DNA of 64,000 nucleotides from the human T2T-CHM13v2.0 reference genome, Homo sapiens: assembly GCF_009914755.1 (NCBI RefSeq), contig NC_060925.1; one strand, given 5' to 3'. A program made the position numbers and the translations under genes. This document shows, piece by piece, positions 1 through 12,238 of this stretch (its first letter is position 1; each line of letters begins with the position of its first letter). The notes beneath the pieces are model-generated. The model searched no databases and was not told where the DNA came from. It saw only the letters and a list, made by a program, of their open reading frames with translations.

Positions 1-2168
1 CATTTAGCCCATTTACATTTAAGGTTAATATTGTTATGTGTGAATTTGATCCTGTCATTATGATCCTAGCTGGTTATTTTGCCTGTTAATTGATGCAGTT
101 TCTTCATAGTGTCAATGATCTTTACAATTTGGCATATTTTTGCAGTGGCTGGTACTGGTTGTTCCTTTGCATGTTTAATGCTTCCTTCAGGAGTTCTTGT
201 AAGGCCGGCCTGGTGGTGAAAAACACTCTCAGCATTTGCTTGTCTGTAAAGGATTTTATTTCTCCTTCACTTATGAAGCTTAGTTTGGCTGGATATAAAA
301 CTCTGGTTGAAAATTATTTTCTATGAGAATGTTGAATATTGGCCCCCACTCTCTTCTGGCTTGTAAAGTTTCTGCCAAGAGATCCACTGTTAGTCTGATG
401 GACTTCCCTTTGTGAGTAACCCAACCTTTCTCTCTGGCTGCCTTTAATATTTTTTCCTTCATTTCAACCTTGGTGAATCTGACAATTATGTGTCTTGGGG
501 TTGCTCTTCTGGAGGAATATCTTTGTGGTGTTCTCTGTATTTCCTGAATTTGAATGTTGGCCTGCCTTGCTAGATTGGGGAGGTTCTCCTGGATTATATC
601 CTGAAGAGTGTTATCTAACTTGGTTCCATTCTCCCCATCACTTTCAGGTCCACCAATCAAATGTAGATTTGGTCTTTTCACATAGTCCATATTTCTTGCA
701 CACTTTGTTTCTTTTCACTCTTTTTTCTCTAATCTTGTCTTCTCACTTTATTAATTTAATCTTCAATCACTGATATCCTTTCTTCCACTTGACTGAATAA
801 GCTATTGAAGCTTATGTATGTTTCATGAAGTTCTCATACTGTGGTTTTCAGCTCCATCAGGTCATTTAAGCTCTTCTCTACACTGTTTATTCTAGTTAGC
901 CATTCATCTAACCTTTTATCAAGGTTTTTAGCTTCCTTGCGATGGGTTAGAACATGCTTCTTTAGCTCGGTGAAGTTTGTTATTACTAACCTTCTGAAGC
1001 TTAGTTTTGTCAACTCGTCAAACTCATTCTCCATCCAGTTTTGTTCCTTGCTGCCGAGGAGTTGGGTTCCTTTGGAGGAGAAGAGGCTTTCTGGTTTTTG
1101 GAACTTTCAGCCTTTCTGCTCTGGTTTCTCCCCATCTTTGTGGTTTTATCTACTTTTGGTCTTTGATATTGGTAACCTATGGATGGTTTTGGTGTGGATG
1201 TCCTTTTTGTTGATGTTGATGCTATTCTTTTCTGTTTTTTAGTTTTCCTTCTGACAGGCCCCTCAGCTGCAGGTCTGCTGGAGTTTGCTGCAGGTCCACT
1301 GCAGACCCTGTTAGCCTTGGCATCACCAGCGGAGGCTGCAGAACAGCAAATATTGCTGCCTGATCCTACCTCTGGAAGCTTCGTCCCAAAGGGGCACCTG
1401 CCTGTATGAGGTGTCTGTCAGCACCTACTGGGCGGTGTCTCCCAGTCAGGCTACACGGAGGGCAGGGACCAACTTGAGGAGGCAGTCTGTCCATTATCAG
1501 AGCTTGAACGCCATGCTGGGAGAGCCACTTCTCTCTTCAGAGCTGTCAGGCAGGATGTTTAAGTCTGCAGAAGCTGTCTACTGCCTTTTGTTCAGCTATG
1601 CCCTGCCCCCAGAGGTGGAATCTATAGAGGCAGTAAGCCTTGCTGAGCTGCACTGGGATCCACCCAGTTCAAGCTTCCCTGCTGCTTTGTTTACACTGTG
1701 AGCATATAACTGTCTACTCAAGCCTCAGCAATGGTGAATGCCCCACCCCTTGCCAAGCTCCAGAGTCCCAGGTTGATCTCAGACCGCTGCACTAGCAGCA
1801 AGCAAGGCTCCGTGAGCATGGGACCTGCCAAGCCAGGCACGGGAGGGTATCTCCTGGTCTGCCAGTTGCTAAGACCGTGGGAAAAGCACAGTATTTGGGA
1901 AGGAGTGTACCATTCCTCCAGTACAGTTACTCACAACTTCCCCTGGCTAGGAAAGGGAAATCCCCCAACCCCTTGCACTTCCCAGGTGAGGTGACAACCC
2001 ACCCTGCTTCAGCTCACCCTCCATGGGCTGCACCCACTGTCCAGACAGTCCCAATGAGATGAACCAGGTACCTCAGTTGGAAATGCAGAAATCACCCATC
2101 TTCTGCGTCGATCTCACTGGGAGCTGTAGACCGGAGTGGTTCTGATTTGGCCGTCTTGGAAGCCGGGG
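1..2168 (-). mobile_element. L1PA (about L1PA7/8) 5' part: 5'UTR, ORF1 and start of ORF2; runs off the left window edge
   Basis: Minus ORFs 280-690 and 834-1034 translate to L1 ORF1p (RPNLHLIG..ENLPNLARQANIQIQEIQRTPQRYSSRR). The L1PA 5' end (revcomp ccaagacggccaaatcagaac) is at ~2140-2168. ORF1 is broken. Confidence 0.93.
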
Positions 2169-3861
2169 CAATATTAATACTCTTTACAGTATTTAAACTT
2201 CACTGTATTTAAACTTTGTATTTGTATCTTTACTGTATTTAAACTTTAGTGATAATATGTATAAAGTGTTAGAACCTGTATGATTTATAATGGATGGGAG
2301 AAAATAGGGTATCATTAAGATTCTTGGAGCACTGAGTAATATTGTTCACTGCTGTGGAGGCCAGAAGGTAACAGAAGAATATAAATTTCTTAAGACTACA
2401 GCCATATCTTATTTTGCATCATATCCTCACTGCTAGGTAGAGGACATCGAAAGTATGACACTCAAAAAAATAGATAAATGAATGAGTGAATGAGTAAATA
2501 AATGAATCAGTCAATTCATCATCAGTGAGAAATGAATAAATCTGGTGTCAGATCTCCTTTACTCTGTAACTCAGCACTGCCAACTTTTAAAAAGCAATTC
2601 CTGGATTGCTCAAAAAATGTAAAATTTCAGGATAATACATGTATAAAAATAGAGCATTATGATCTGAATTTTAACAACTGAGCAAATCTTCTATCCAATG
2701 CATAGAAAGACTGGACAAACAAAAGATCAGTTCTACTAAATATTGTTGATATCAGAAAGAGTGTGACAATGCAAGCCAAATAGGGACAGGAAAATATATA
2801 CGTTAGTGAGTATGGTTCGCTAGTTGAAGGGAGAGCAGGCTTTAAAGCAATGCTCGGTTATCTCATCAATAAAGCAGTGATAACTCTGGTTGTTTTCATT
2901 ATTAACAAATATATTAAATTTTCCTTGATTTTTTTTAACAATTTCTAATTCCTTTTCCAACCAAAAAAGTTCTTGGTTTTCTTTTCCTAAGTCAGGAAGG
3001 TGAGTTGAATGAATATGTGAATAAATGTGCTTATCAAATTTTCTTTCAAAATAATTTCTAAAAGCTGAACTTCTAAATTTTAATTGACTTCCATTTAATA
3101 TTTCTATCAATTGCAGAAAGACAGCTTTTCACATCATTATCATAGCAGATTCTTAGCACTTGTCAGAATATTTTAGAGGAAAAAACTCACATCCTTTTCA
3201 TTTTCTTTATTCAGCACATAGCACAGGATAAATGTTCTGTACAAATGGATAAATATTCTATACTTTTGATGAAAAATAAAATACCTAAAATATTTAAGAT
3301 TATTTTTCCAAAGAATTAAATATAGAAAATTTTTGTTGAAGGTATTTAGTTCTACTATGAAAAATGTTTCTTGGCTCTCAAATTCAACTGAAATGTCATT
3401 ACTAATTTGAAATGGTTACAAACTACATGATATGAAAATGAGTATTAACTAGAATTCCTACTAAGAAGCAAAAGGATTATTATAGGCAAATTGTCCATAT
3501 TGAAAGTAAACTACCATTATTATTGATCTAAATATGAGAAATTTTATTTGTGATATTCCACACAATAAATATTGGGGGATTCATTTCCAAGATAGAGAAT
3601 CAGCTGTAAAAGAGAATATTTTCATTAAAAAGTATATGATTGATTAAGGTGAACTGTTGTTAGTTGTGGAAGGTGTTACCACAGTAGTCCAATTTTATCT
3701 AAGCCACTTGATTTTATTTATTTTCTCTTAAAAATACCAGTATAAAAATACAGGTTGAAGTCCTAGATATCTAAACTTGATGATTTCTAGCCACTATAGG
3801 CAGAAAAAAAAGTATTTCCACATTTCAGATTCTCCTCATCTCACTCCATCAGTGAATGAGT

Positions 3862-3876
3862 ATCTATCTATCTATC

Positions 3877-3916
<40 letters not shown>
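3862..3916. repeat. (TATC)n-(CA)n compound microsatellite
   Basis: Read directly from sequence. Confidence 0.95.
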
Positions 3917-3918
<2 letters not shown>

Positions 3919-3947
3919 AATATATGGGCAAGTAGGAAATGTTACAC

Positions 3948-4308
3948 ATATGGTTTGGCTCTGTGTCCCCACCCAAATCTCATCTTGAATTGTACTCCCA
4001 TAATTCTCATATGTTGTGGGAGGTACCTGGTGGGAGATAAGTGAATCATGGGGGCGGGTTCCCCCATACTGTTCTCATGGTAGTGAGTAAGTCTCATGAG
4101 ATCTGATGGTTTGATACAGGGAAACCTGTTTTGCTTGGCTCTCATTCTCTCTCTTGCTGCCACCATGTGAGACGTGCCTTTCACCTTCCACCATGATTGT
4201 AAGGCCTCCCCAGCCACGTGGAACTGTAAGTCCAATAAACCTATTTCTCTTGTAAATTGCCCAGTCTCAGATATGTCTTTATCAGCAGCATGAAAACTAA
4301 CTAATACA
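3948..4308 (+). mobile_element. THE1 (THE1A-like) solo LTR, ERVL-MaLR
   Basis: tatggtttggctctgtgtccccacccaaatctc ... aataaacc ... ctaataca matches the THE1 LTR consensus. Confidence 0.9.
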
Positions 4309-6369
4309 ACATGCATGGCCACAATACACATGCTTCAAGCACTTTCAGAACACCATGGGTCTTTCTCATTCAAATTATACAAAATCAGCCTAATACGGAC
4401 ATAACTAGTAAATGATATCAGAATAATTAGCATTCTTTACTACTTATTTTTCCCCTTGAATACATGGATATTTGTACTCCAAAACAGAGTAAGTCTAGAG
4501 TTTTCAGTTTTGCTTAATATTCTGATTTTACCTCCTAAATACAGGCTTTCTGTCCTGCTCCCTCAGCACCTCCACATCATGGTGAACAAAGAAGATGCCA
4601 TGTGGTGTCATGAAACAAAAAGCTTTGGATTGAGGTACAAAGCAATTAGATTAGCATCTGTTCATTCACCTGATGTTCTTGTACCTTTAGGACCAGTAGG
4701 CTTCAGCTTCCTCATCTATAAAATAAAGTAGGATGAGATGATTGAGTAAGCCACGTGCTATCCCTGTTTTGTTACATCCCATTACTAACGTGTTCATCAT
4801 TTTCTTTTCTGTAACTTGGACTCATTTTCAAGAGTAATTTCTCCAAAAATTGAAGTTTTCATGAGGAGTTTAATAATGATCTATTTATTATATTTTGCAT
4901 TTACCCCTAATTATAAGAGTTCTTCTGAAGTATTTGACTTAGAAACAGAGAAGTTAAACTTAAATTGTATCTGCACGTAAGTGCTGTCTGTCCAAGAATA
5001 CTGTATGGAAGTATGTGTTTCATTTTACAAATAGTTAAAATAGTTTCAGATTATTTTAACTTAATAATATTCTAAATATTGCTAATTTTCCTTGGGATTT
5101 TTTTTAAATTATTAAATATTTTATTTCATTAAAACAATTTTAAATGATTGTTATCAAATGGCTACATGCCTATATTCATATTAATGCATTTTGACATATT
5201 TGTTTTATCCTTAGTACTTTAATATTTTTGAGTTAAAATCATATTCTTTGACTTCCAAGATCAGAACCTGAATATATTTATGATTTTAAAAAAATTTTTT
5301 ATATATACTTCCAGACTCTGGAAATGTGCAAGATAAGCCTCCATTGTCCCTGTGTAGAAATAAAATCTTACCTTCTCCAAAATAAGATAGTGATAGAGAT
5401 TTGTACAATTCAGAATTCAAGCATCTTGCCAGATATGAACACTTCCCTATTTATAATTCATCAGTCACACCATGATTTCATCAATTGCAAAGAACTTTTT
5501 ATGAATTTTAGAAGAATTTACTGTGAAAAAGAGATATATAAAGCTTTCTTCAAAGACATACAACATTGCAATTTGAAGAAAATTATTATTTTCTTCACCT
5601 CACTGCCTAAAAATATTTTCACCACATGTAGGGCTGCAACTTTCACCTCTTGTCATAGGTGAAAAATTGCATCAAAATCCGCATCATGAGAAGTGAAACA
5701 CTAGTGTTAACACTTTAGCCGTTGCCTAGCAGAAAGCAAAACCTGGAAAAATAGAATGCAGGAATATAGGGAGCACAGGAAAATATGTAGGCTCAGTGAA
5801 CAAAGATAGTAGGGAAACTAGAGGTTATCAGGTACTGAACAGGACTTGGGGAACAAATGGAAAGGGGTTGCTTATAAAAATCTCCCTAAGATGCTTATGG
5901 AAAACCAAAACAGGGCTTAGTTTAAACAATCAGGTGTTCTAAATTAATAATTATACATTGTAGTAGAATAAAATAAGATTTCTATAAAAATAAAAGAGCA
6001 AGTATTACATTCCTCATTAAGTAGTATTTATAGAAGCATTCCTTATAACAATCTACCCAGCTCCTACTGAGTATAGATATTGTACACACAAACATTAATT
6101 AGGTGGTGTTTCTGTTCTCAAGGGCATGTAAGCTGATAATTAAAATACAAAACAATAGTAGTCAAGGTAGACCTGTGTAAAGACTGCTGTGGAATCTCAG
6201 CAGAAGCATTTACCTCTACCCAGTGGAATTTGGAAAGAGAAGAGGTTATGTTTGAGATGAATCTTGAAGAATAATTAAGAGATCACTCAGAGGAAAGGGG
6301 AAAGCAGTGTGAATTGGAACAAGAGCTGGAGAAGGGAGAATCTTGTAACAATTCGAAATATTTAAAAGA

Positions 6370-6580
6370 GGGTAGAGGCTTTGAAATCAGATAGATCTAA
6401 GTTCAAAGCCTGGCTTTAACACTTAACAGCTATGAGAATTTAAGAAAACTGCTTAATCTCACTGAACTTTGTTTTTTCTTCATCAGTAAAATAATATATA
6501 AAAATAGCATTAATTGCTCTTACCTCATGGGCTTCTTTATATAAAAAGTGCATATAAAGTCTTGACTCTGTGTTCAATAT
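6370..6580 (+). mobile_element. MIR, amid degraded L2 fragments (~6050-6800)
   Basis: MIR core-like ggctttgaaatcagatagatctaagttcaaagcctggct ... cttaatctcactgaac. Confidence 0.6.
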
Positions 6581-7098
6581 AATTTAACTGTATTATGAGT
6601 TATCACAAAAGCCCAGATGAGAGACAATGATAGTCTGAGCTAGGAAAATGAGGAAAAGAGAAACAATTTGAAAGAGAAATTATGAGCTCAGCAAGAAGGG
6701 AGAGATCAAGGTTGTTCCAAAGTTTCTAGTTTAAGCAGCAGGGTAAGAACTGGTGCCATTAACTGAGCGAAGGAGATCAGAGGGATGAGCAGGATTCAGA
6801 GGGCAAGTTGCATGTGAGGTGCCACCACGCCATAAGTGGGATTCCAGAGAGAGGTAAAGACCAGAAATGCAGAACTGGGAACTGTTGGCATGATCAAGGC
6901 ACTGGCCAGAGGAGATCTTACAAGGAAACTGCAGAACAGAAAGTGGAAATCCAAAGGACTCAATCAAAGCTTATGAAAGAATATAATAGATTAATGACTC
7001 CTCAATTCTCACCATAAACTCTTCATGATATTTATAGTTATAAAGATCATTTATGACATTTTACCATGTAAAATGTATTGAGCTAAGTGTTGATACAG

Positions 7099-7350
7099 CA
7101 TTCATTCATTCAACAAATAGTTATTGAGCATCTGCTGTACAACAACATGGTTATCAGAGATGAGGATTCACTAACAAGCCAAGCAAAACACATGTTTGCC
7201 CTCTTGGAGCTTAAATTGCCTTTATGTAACAAAAAGGGTAGTCAACTAAAGAAAATCACATCAATTATGATAAGTGCTGTAAAGAATGAAAATAAAATAA
7301 AACAGTAGAGAGTGGCAGGTGTGAGAACTCACCAGAGAAAGAAGTTAGGG
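7099..7350 (-). mobile_element. L2 3' end
   Basis: cattcattcattcaacaaatagttattgagca is the L2 3'-terminal signature. Confidence 0.7.
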
Positions 7351-7437
7351 GGCCCTCTCTATGTAGTTCATATCCTCCTCTCCTCTTGACAGCCCTGATC
7401 AAGAATGAGGAATCTGATGCTTTGAGAAGTTAAATAA

Positions 7438-7438
<1 letters not shown>

Positions 7439-7470
<32 letters not shown>
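7439..7470. repeat. (TG)n microsatellite at the 3' end of an L1MA
   Basis: Read directly from sequence. Confidence 0.9.
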
Positions 7471-8612
7471 ATTTAACATGAGCACTACTCTCTTAACAGA
7501 TTTTTTATGTGTACAATACAGTATTGTTAACTATAGGTACGATGTTGTATGGTAGTTCTTTAGAAATTATTCTTTTTGCATAATTGAAATTTTATACCTA
7601 TTGATTAGCTACTCCCCATTTCCTTCTCCCCACAGCCTTTGGAAGCCACTCTGCTATTCTTTGCTTCTACAAGTTTGACTATTTTAGATACAGCATATAA
7701 GTAGAATCATGCAGTATTTCTTCTTCTTCTGTAACTGGTTTATTTCACTTAGCATAATGTCCTCAAGATTCATCCTTGTTGTCAAATATTATAGGACTTA
7801 TTCTTGTTTTTGAGACAGAGACTCACTGTGTCACCCAGGCTGGAGTGAAGTGGTGAAGTCTCTGCTCACTGCAGCCTCAACCTCACTGGCTCAAGCGATC
7901 CTCCCACCCACATCAGCCTCCCAGGTTGCTGGGACTACAGGCAGGCACCACCGTGCCCAGCTAATTTTTGTACTCTTTGTAGAGATGGGGTTTCACCATT
8001 TTGCCCAGGCTGGTCTCAAATGCCTGAGCTCAAGTGAACCACCCACCTCGGCCTCCCAAAGTGCTGGGATTACAGGCATGAGCCACCATGCCCAGCCACT
8101 TTCTTTTTTATTAAGGATGAATAATATTCCATGGTATGTGTACACCACATTTCCTTTATCCATTTATCCACATAGACATTTAGGTTGTTTCCACATCTTA
8201 GCTCTTGTAAATAGTGCTGCAAAAATGTGGGAGTGCTAATATCTCTTTGAGATCCTGATTTCAATTCTTTTGGATAAATGTCCAGAAGTAGGATTGCTGG
8301 ATCATATGATAGTTCTGTTTTTAATTTTTAAGGAACTTCCATACTCTTTTCCATAGCAGTAGGACCAACAGTGTACACGTACAAGCATTCCCACCAACAG
8401 TATACATGTATAAGCATTCCCACCAACAGTATACACACACAAGGGTTCCAATTTATTCACATCCCCAACAACACTTGTCTTGTTTATGTATATATTAGCC
8501 ATCCTAACATGTGTGAGGTGATTTTATTGCGGCTTTGATTTGTATTTCCTTGATGATTAGTAACACTGAGCATCTTTCCATATACGTGTTGTTCATTTGC
8601 ATGTCTTCTTCA
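7471..8612 (-). mobile_element. L1MA-type 3'UTR and ORF2 end (non-inverted half), interrupted by an AluJ
   Basis: L1MA 3'UTR-like sequence and the ORF2 C-terminal region (minus ORFs 8070-8264, 8302-8502). Contains a ~29-bp tandem triplication at 8364-8440. Confidence 0.85.
7803..8097 (-). mobile_element. AluJ
   Basis: Dimeric Alu with T-tract at left and J-type features (ctcaagcgatcctccca). Confidence 0.93.
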
Positions 8613-9333
8613 GAGTATCATACTGGAATAAAGACAGACATCTAGAACAATGGAACAGAATACAGAGCCTAGAAAGAAATCAATGTATATATGGTCAACT
8701 GATCTTTGACAAAGGTGTCAAGGACACACAATGGAGAAAGAATGATCCCTTCAACAAATGGTGAATATCCACATGCAAAATAATGAAATTGGACCCTAAT
8801 ATTATACCATACACAAAAATCAACTCAAAATGGATTAAAGACTTAAACAGAAGACTTAAAACTATAAAACCCTAAGAAGAAAACATAAGGGAAAAGCTTC
8901 TTGACATTGGTCCTGACAATTATTTTATGGATATGACACCAAAAGCACAGGCAGCAAAAGCCAAAATAGATAAGATCTTATCAGGAAACTGTGCACAATA
9001 GAAAGTGGAAACTCAAAGGATCCAGTCTTAGGAGAGAACATAACATATTAATGACTCTTAAATTCCCATTGTAAGCTCCTAATAATATTTATAATTCAAC
9101 TAAAAAAACTACAAATCTCTGCGAAGCAAAGAAAATAATCAACAGAGTGAAAAGATAACCTAGAGAATGAGAGAAAATATTTACAAACCATATATCTCAT
9201 AAGGGATTGAATATATATATATATATATCCTACAACTCAATATCATATATAGATATATATAGATATATATACTACCACTCAACAGCAAAAAAATCTAATA
9301 GCCTGATTTGGAAATGAACTAAGGACTTGAATA
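8613..9333 (+). mobile_element. Inverted ORF2 segment of the same L1MA
   Basis: Plus-strand L1 ORF2 from the 'WNRI' region to 'KDLN', contiguous in the L1 consensus with the start of the minus half. Confidence 0.8.
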
Positions 9334-10789
9334 AATAGCTTCTTTAATGACTCTCAGCTAGAACTACAGTTTTCATAATTCCAATCCCTTATATTAAGTA
9401 CTGCCTTCCACAAACACACTAAATGGAAAATAAATGTATAATGATCTAATATAAATAACTGTGTTCAAATTTAAAGTGCCATTACCTATACAAACTAATT
9501 TAATATGGATGTTTGTTATTACACCTGTCTCTAGTTACTGCTGCTAATAAACTTATACAAATTAGTTCAAACCATCGTTGATCCTTAGGTCTCAGAAGAT
9601 TTACCTGGGAACTGATGTGATGATGCCCAAGTTCCAGTACTAAAATGGAACACTTTCTCTTTAATTAGCAAATAGGTTGCTTAAGCCAGGAAGTGAAAAG
9701 CACATATTGGGTAGTGAGTTATATATTTCTTAAAGGGAGAAGAGGCAAAGATAAAGGAGCCAAACTACCCCCTTTCAAGAGGTTGGAGGCCATGGTCCAA
9801 ACCATGCAGCATCCCAGCATGTCACTTTTGTCTTGGATAATAAGTAAGCAGAGGTGATCCAGGGTCAGGGCTGTGAACAGTCAGTACCAACTGGCTTCTT
9901 CACCTTCAGTTTGAGGACGAACGGATGTGAGCAAATAGCAAGAAATACCATTAGAAACACCAAAAGTGAAAGAAAAAAAATACTGAAAGGATCTGGGATG
10001 TATAGCCAAAGAATTTAGAGAAAATAAAGTAGAAAATCATGAGCTCATTTTATTTAATTTTAACAAGCAGCATCTTACTCATCTGATGTCATTTTTATCT
10101 GCCAGCCACAGAGGCAGCAGCATTTGCCAATTTCTGAAGACACTACCCAGTATCTGGCACCTATCACTGTTGCCTTGTCCTATGATCTTGCTTAAAATGA
10201 AGAACTAGCCACTTTGGGGTTACATAATTTATCTAAGTATAAACAAATATGTTTATAAAAAGGACTGGCCCAGGGTCATTTTCAAATTTTAACGGTTTAA
10301 GGACAAAGTGCCTCCCCAAATCAATGAAGTCTTCATAGTTCATGAAGAATATTGGTATACATTATTTAACTTGAGCCTCAAAACAGTCCTAGTAGGAAGG
10401 CATTTTTATCCCTGATGTATAGAGGAGGAGAGTAATGAAACCTAACGAGTAGGACCTTTGATTTATATGGACCAGTGGCTGAGTGGCAAGATTCAAGCAC
10501 ACAAACAAAAATCCGACAACAGGGTGAAAACAGAACCTGCCCTGCAGGAGTGCTGCCTCAATCCAGGAAGCTGATGGACGTGCATCCCCAGACCACATTA
10601 CCTGGTAGATAATTGTCATCCTAAAGAGATGGTTATTAAAAAAGAGCACATTTTAGAAAGTAATGGCTTGTAAGAACCAAAATGGATGAAAACAATCGTT
10701 AGGATACAAGAGACGTAATGAAATATGCAGTAAAGTAGGCAGAAAGGAGTATCAGCCTTAGATGTCAAACAGTATTCACAGATCCAGTG

Positions 10790-11100
10790 TGTCTCAATTT
10801 ATTAAGCTCAAATTTATTCATTGCTTCCTTAGCGTTTCATTAAATACTTAATAGGTATGATGTATTGGGCTAGTTGCAGGCTATATGCAGTAGGCAAATA
10901 AAATATGGTCCAAACCCTCAATGTGCTTAGACATTAGAAAAGAGAGGAGATAAATGAACAAATAAGCACAATGCAGAGTGTTGTGATGGTAAATAAGCAA
11001 CGTTTTTAATCATAAACATCCTTCATTAGAGAACTTTCATTCTTAATAAGGAAAGGAAACTTTTCAATACAAGAAAGGAATATGCCAGATCTAGAAACAT
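10790..11100 (-). mobile_element. L2 fragment
   Basis: Degraded ttattcattg..taaatactta L2 3'-end pattern. Confidence 0.45.
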
Positions 11101-11599
11101 ACTTAGTTTGAAATTTATACTTTAAAAGGAATCGTGTAAAGAAAGAGGTGGGAAAATCTACTTGGCAATTTGACTGCTTGACAGGATTACAGCTCATCTT
11201 GCTGCTTCTAATTAATAATGCATTTTGCTATATTATTAGACACTTAGATGTGTTTCCCTGGCAGCACTTGTAACTGAGTTCTCACAGGCCTCTTATGGTG
11301 AGAAAAGAATAAAAGATAGCTAAGGTAAATATAGTCTGTTTTATGCTGTAATGCTGTCTGATAGCACCCCAGCCCCTTGGTGATTCATATGCAAGTTACA
11401 TCCCAGGCAATTCAATCTAAAATTGGAGTGCATGTGCTAGCACAGTTTTTATGTCTCAGTTTGGCAGTTTCTATCTAGAGGTGCCACAAATTAATGTTAT
11501 TATCAGCTTAAAAGTTTGGTGAAAAGTGTTATACATTCTTATTCTTTGAAAGGTGAGAGAGAGAAAATAAGATTCCGAGGTTTTGTGTACAGGAAAAAA

Positions 11600-11820
11600 C
11601 TTGGAAGCTACTAGGTACCAGGCACGGTGAATAGTCATTTTGCTTTTCTTATCTCATTTAAGTTTCACAATAAATATGTAAAGAAGTTATTATTAAGTAT
11701 ATTTTTTTAGTCTTGAAAAAACTGGATTCAGAGAGATTAAAAACTTGTCCAAACTCAAAGAGCTAAGAAACCATGCTGAGACTAAAACTAAACTTTCTGA
11801 CTCCAAAAGTCACCCTTTCC
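11600..11820 (-). mobile_element. MIR
   Basis: aaactggattcagagagattaaaaacttgtccaaactcaaagagcta, MIR core in reverse. Confidence 0.6.
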
Positions 11821-12193
11821 CATAAATCAAATGAGAGTTTTGCTTTAATTGCACCTGTTTTTTTCAATCACATGCACAGAGGGTAGCCTCTGACATTGAG
11901 GGGATACTTGCATGACTAATGCTGATTTTCTTGATAAATCTTTAAATAGCTATTTTCAACATTCAAATGATATCATGAAGATGGTTGCGGTCATCATCTT
12001 AAGGATATGCAAGTTAGAAAATTCTTTCTATGCAATATTCAAGCAGCATTGATATGTACATTCCAAGAAAAAAAATCATAAAGGCTTAATTTTAAAAGAG
12101 ATTACTGTCATCACCGAAAGGCAGAGAAACTGTTCAGGTAACACTGAAATGAATCATCATTCAAATAACAAGACGACATTCAGAAATCATCAG

Positions 12194-12238
12194 AGCATCT
12201 CTTGCTTGCTAGCATCTCTTGCTTGCTAGCATCTCTTG
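12194..12238. repeat. 17-bp tandem repeat (agcatctcttgcttgct), about 2.6 copies
   Basis: Perfect copies at 12194, 12211 and a partial copy at 12228. Confidence 0.9.

Noticed and set aside
5324-5665. 112-aa ATG ORF and an 8-bp hairpin (tttcacct/aggtgaaa)
   Set aside because: No recognisable domain or splice structure; compatible with chance.
7850-8239. Alu-derived ORFs here and at ~28.0, 30.6, 31.9, 36.0, 41.8, 54.5, 56.2 and 59.6 kb
   Set aside because: Typical Alu reading-frame artefacts.
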